A DNA stretch of 64,000 bases from the human T2T-CHM13v2.0 reference genome, Homo sapiens. How positions within the stretch are numbered: position 1 is the stretch's first letter; each line of letters starts with the position of its first letter. Position numbers and translations under genes: made by a program. Positions 58,765 to 64,000 of the stretch are shown here, one piece after another. The stretch lies in the NCBI RefSeq assembly GCF_009914755.1, contig NC_060928.1. One strand, written 5' to 3'. A model generated the notes under the pieces. It had not been told where the DNA came from. It saw only the letters and a program-made list of their open reading frames with translations, and ran no database searches.

Positions 58765-60479
58765 AATGTTAAGTCAATGCATATATATTATATAGCATTA
58801 TGACCCCTGTGCATATTTTGATGTTTTCTGCAATTTTGAGTACCATTTTTCTGCATATATATTCCATATATTTGCCAACAGAGTTAACTTCAATCAGAGT
58901 GGAGATTTTTATATGTTTGTTCTTTGATGTATCCTTAGCACATATACCCAATTCTGTCTGGCATGTAGTAGGCACTCAATAAATATTTTTTCAATGTCAA
59001 ATGAATTTGTAGACTTCACATATTTGTCATTCTAAATGACTGTTAAGCATAATACAATATACCATTGTTTAAATAGTAGACATTTAAATTGCTTTCCAGT
59101 TTTTAGTTTCATGGATATACCACTGAAAATATTTCAGTGCAAATATATTTTTTCTTTTGGAGAAGTTATTCTATTTGAGTGTTTCTTTTCAGACTAGAAA
59201 TACTGGATACAAATACAAAAACACTATTATTTTTGCTAGCTTGCTTTATGGAAAGATTGAATTAGTTTTCACTGATACTGGCAGTGTCTAAGTGAGCTTT
59301 TCACTGCATATTCCTGCTCATAGTCCTGTATATATTTAAATTATGAGTTATATACTCTAACTTAAAGTCATTTTATTTCACATTTCTTTAACTGCTAGTG
59401 AGGCTGTGTATCTTTGCATATTGTATTTTTTAATCTCTATTTTTTCTTCCTATAAATTGTCTCTTTAGCACCTTTGGCTACATATTAAGTAAAATACAGG
59501 TATTAGTTTTATGTGTACAGTCTTCTACGTATATGGAAAGGTAAACTGTCATAGTAATCTACCTTATCTCCTAACTCTCTGACTTTCCCACTGCAATCAA
59601 TTCATACAATACAACCTCAATCAATACAATTTCATAGCTAATCTTTTAAAAATAAAGTTCCAATGCCCAAATTCTTTGGCTAAAAACCTTCACTCACCCA
59701 CCAAGTAAGTATAAACCCCTCAGCTGGATTTTCAAGGCCCTCTTTAACATACTTCAAGAGGGACTTTTCAGCTTTTTGTCTCTCTTCATGGCCAAATTAA
59801 AATGTCTAGTGTTCCGAGAGAGCTCTGAATGCTTTGTGTCACTAGGTCTTCGCTCATCCTGTCTATCATAGCCGAGCCTTTTTACAGGGAAAGCATAGTG
59901 AAATCTGCACCCAAAGTCCCAGAGCCATTAAAAGGCCAGGACAACTTCTGTAATAATGTCTAGAAAAATGGACTCAGAGTTCCAATTTGCAAGGCTGTGA
60001 ACTCATTTCCAGCGATAAGCAAGAAGCAACTTTGCCTCAAATATAAAGGACTTCAACAGTGTACAGTAATTATATTTCAATGCTATATTATTTATTTTTT
60101 AATTTGCTTATATGATAAAACTAGGAAGACCTGGCTTTGGTTACATAGTTCCCTCTGACCTCTTAGTTTGCTAATTTCTGATGTTTTTATCTTTAAACAG
60201 CGTTTCTATGCTCAATTTGGCACGTCTTGCTTCCATGTAAGTCATAACATCCATGAAATTAATGATTCAAAAACCCTTGGTCACTTGGCGATCAGAGCTT
60301 TACCCATCCAATTTCTTTTTCCTCTTGTGCTCAAAAACTCGAGGCCACCACCTCTCACTGCATCTCCAGCACTGGGAAACCTTAGGGTTGTTTTTAAATC
60401 CCTTCTTCATCCTTACGTCTAATCAATCATTTCTCTCTCCTGGGTGTTTCCTGAAGCTGCATTATCCTAACGATTACTA

Positions 60480-61160
60480 GCACAGCAGTCAAGGCTGTAG
60501 CCTAATGGCTGCTCACCTGGACTATAACCACAGACATCCACCTGAAGCCTCCTCCTTTCTTCTTGCTTGCTCTATCTAGAAGCTTCCTCCTTTCTTCTTG
60601 CTTGCTCTGTCTAAACCTTTTCTCCACACAGCCGCCAGAGAATTCTTCCTGAAAGGATAAGCTGATATGCCACTCCCAAGCCTAACTTTTATTGCTCCCA
60701 TTGCCTGTAGGCTGAGAGTAAGCTCTCCATAGGGAATCTAAGGGTTTCCTTGATAACTTCATCCCCGCTTATCTCTCCAGCTTTATCTTTTTTAACTTCC
60801 TGCCTCAAAATCTTATGCCTGAGCAACAAGAAGTGCTTGAAATTCTCTGAGGACAATACACTGTTTCTCACTTCCCTCCCTTTGTTCCCACTATTCCCTT
60901 TGCTTGCAATGCAACTTTCTGGATTTTCCCATAATACATCGTCATGCACCCTGTAAAAGGCAGCCAGGCACCACCCACCCTAGGAAGTCTTGCTTGACTA
61001 ACACAGGCTGGGTTTGATGCTCTTTTCTCGTGCTTCTTTAGTAGTCTGTTCCTCCCTTTATCGTGTGAGTTCCTTATGTGTAATAACTGTCTTATTTATC
61101 TTTGTACCCCTCAATGCTCAGCAGAGAATAAGTACTCAGTAAATATTTGATGAACAAACG
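60480..61160 (+). mobile_element. L2 3' fragment
   Basis: CTCACCTGGACTAT..; ends AGTACTCAGTAAATATTTGATGAACAAACG. Confidence 0.65.
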
Positions 61161-62139
61161 AGTTGTGCAGAATCTGAAAACCTGCAGTATTTTATTTTAA
61201 TTGAGCACAGTTTTTCAGACTGTATGGTTTTTATATACATTCTATTGGTTTTAAATAACATTTTCTATAATATGCTTATTTTTATAGAATTAATTTTCTT
61301 TTAAAAAGGTTTTTAGTTAAAGAGGATGGTTAGAAGCAGCCACTAAGAAGGTTAAATGACGTATATTTATTACTTAAATCCTTGATTGTCCCTGTGGATT
61401 CTCCACTCTATGAGTGTGGAGATACTTTTAAATTTAATTACATTTAATTTTTATTTTCTGACAGAGCCTAATATAGCTGAAAGAATTAGAGTTGATCTTC
61501 AAATATGGCTTTGATGCTGATAACTTGGGAAACTATTGAACAGAGATAGTTGCCTGCATTAAAAATAAACGTGCTGGGATAAACCTTCCACACACTGAGA
61601 TGACCTGGAAGAGTCTCAGAACACGTTCTTATTGGAGAACTTAGTCCTGCCACATCAGTAGTGGATTGAAGCATTTTCCCTATAAAATCTGTGTAACTGA
61701 CTTGTTTTACTTTACTTTTAGAGATAGCCAGTATGTGGCAACATCGATAACTCTTTTCTAAATCATTTTTATGTCATGTGCTTCTATTTTTAAAACTAAA
61801 TTTTGTAAAACTGAATTAGTAACACATTCTGGCAAAAACCAAATGCAAAACATTTTATAATGTTGTAACATGTAAATAATCTACAGAATTTTCTTGCATC
61901 TGCCAAGACTGAATTATTTTACATTAAGTATATTTTTAAGGTGTAGTGGCAAGTACATCCAGAAGAAAGGGATTTAATAGGCATTTTCTTGCAAATCTAG
62001 TTACGGGTAACTATTGAAATTGCTTGTCATGTGTTTGATTTTCATTTTCCTTAGAATGTGTTACTTTGCTGAAACTGTATTCAAAGGCTGGATCAATTGA
62101 TCTCCTGCAAGATACACTTGAAGGTTAAGTAACTACAGA

Positions 62140-62260
62140 TCTCAGCTAATCCCGTGTAATCTGCTGTTACTAAATGGCTGTTTGTATTCCAGGCATACCA
62201 GGTTCTGAATGCTTAGGATTCGGTTTTTACCTTTTGTTTAAATAACCTCTAAAAGGAGCA
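62140..62260 (+). promoter_or_regulatory. LRIT3 proximal promoter with tandem CRX/OTX2-type sites
   Basis: CTAATCCC 62146-62153 and GTAATCTG 62156-62163, then MAF-half-site-like TGCTG. Confidence 0.6.
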
Positions 62261-62376
62261 ATGCATCTCTTTGCATGTCTGTGCATTGTCCTTAGCTTTT
62301 TGGAAGGAGTGGGCTGTTTGTGTCCTTCACAGTGCACCTGTGATTATCACGGCAGAAATGACGGCTCAGGATCAAG
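62261..62376 (+). CDS. LRIT3: LRIT3 coding exon 1 (signal peptide and LRRNT cap); gene continues beyond the window
   Basis: MHLFACLCIVLSFLEGVGCLCPSQCTCDYHGRNDGSGS; CPxxCxC LRRNT motif; AG|GTATGC donor; position immediately downstream of RRH. Confidence 0.92.
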
Positions 62377-63635
62377 GTATGCTCCTCTGCTTGTTACTAA
62401 GTGTTCTCATTATTTTGACAAAAAGGACCCAAACAAGAAAGCCTACTTTTGAAAGCAAATGTTTGGGGATCAGAAATCACAGAAGAGAATGTTTAGTGTC
62501 CATAAGCTTTAACTTAATTGTTTTAACACTGGTCACCTACTCCTTCACTGTTTTCGTTTTGAGCAGTTTAACTCTCAAAGGCCTCTCAAGGTATTGGAAA
62601 TTTCTAAACACATTCTATGTTCCAAAATTTTTATTATGCTCATGTTCACAAATTGTTGCTTGAGATCAAACGATTTAAAGGTGCATGGCCAGCTAAGCCC
62701 TTGATTATAGAAAGGCTAAGAGGGCAGGCTGAACAGGAGCTGCGTGACATGCTCAGATCCTTTGCTTTCATGGCTCTCCACTTCCTTTGAGAACTATTCA
62801 TGCCAATTGAATGGCAGAAAGAAAGATCTCAAGAGTGAAGTTAGAGAGGTTAATAGTTAGAATTTTTCATTTTAAGCTGATGGAATTTACAAAATAAAGA
62901 AGATTGAAAAAGATACTGTCTGTTTCAGACACTGCAGGATCTCACAGAAGTTATTCAATCTCTAGGTTGCTTTAGCATCTACTTGTGTAGTGAGAAGAGT
63001 TATTTACTTATATTGTGCATGAGGCCGTTTAGATATGTTAAATGCAAAACAGAACTCTTGCTAGCTAAACACAGTAGAACTTGAATTTTTTTTTTGAGAG
63101 GTTATTTAATAACAAAATCAGGTTATTTGTGACTTGGTTGAAGTAAACGGTGTCTCAGATAAAATAATTTGTTAAAAGAGTTGCCCAATTTATGTCTTAT
63201 AACTTTAAACAAATAAATAATAATAAATAAGACATATTTGTGAAAAGCTTATCTTGTTATTGTATAAACTTTAGTTAACCAATTCTTGGTATTTTTTGAG
63301 ATATTCACTGGGTGGTTAAAGACAATGAAGAGAATGTAGCAAGTTAAAGACCTACTTGTCCAGGGACGTGTAGCAGTGAAGGATCAGGCCAGGGTACTTT
63401 TGAGAAACTATCACAGAAATGTTTCCTTCTTTGTGGTGACCCCATTATTGATGGATTTTATAAAAATTATAGAATATTAGGCCTGGCAAGAAATAATCTA
63501 GTTCAACCCCTTGTCAGTTTATAAGTGAAGAAACTAAACTGTATGGAGACCAAATGACTTGTCCTAGATCATATAATTGTGTTGATGTAGTAACTAAGTT
63601 CATAAAGATGCTAGATCTTTTAGCGTACAAACTAG

Positions 63636-63981
<346 letters not shown>

Positions 63982-64000
63982 TAATGAGTAGAAACTGCTA

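Overview
Primate (very probably human, 4q25-type) genomic DNA with four recognisable protein-coding genes. CFI (complement factor I) contributes its first coding exon on the minus strand, with intron 1 running off the left edge. GAR1 (H/ACA snoRNP subunit, 6 coding exons, 217 aa) is complete, has a CpG-island promoter and contains one U12-type minor intron. RRH (peropsin, 7 exons, 337 aa) is complete. LRIT3 contributes its first coding exon at the right edge. The rest is mostly transposon debris: about 20 Alus, nested L1s, L2/MIR, an ERVL provirus remnant, MaLR LTRs, a solo HERV-H LTR7-type LTR and a near-complete hAT-Charlie transposase fossil. Almost all ORFs in the supplied track are repeat-derived or chance ORFs. 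I see no evidence of a new multi-gene system. The most unusual unexplained structures are local templated-copy events: a ~290-bp inverted duplication with a 23-bp flanking direct repeat in RRH intron 5, a probable captured KRAB-ZNF 3'UTR fragment inside an old L1 in CFI intron 1, a 24-bp perfect palindrome downstream of GAR1, and several short duplications. Repeat boundaries and subfamily names were judged by eye and are approximate.
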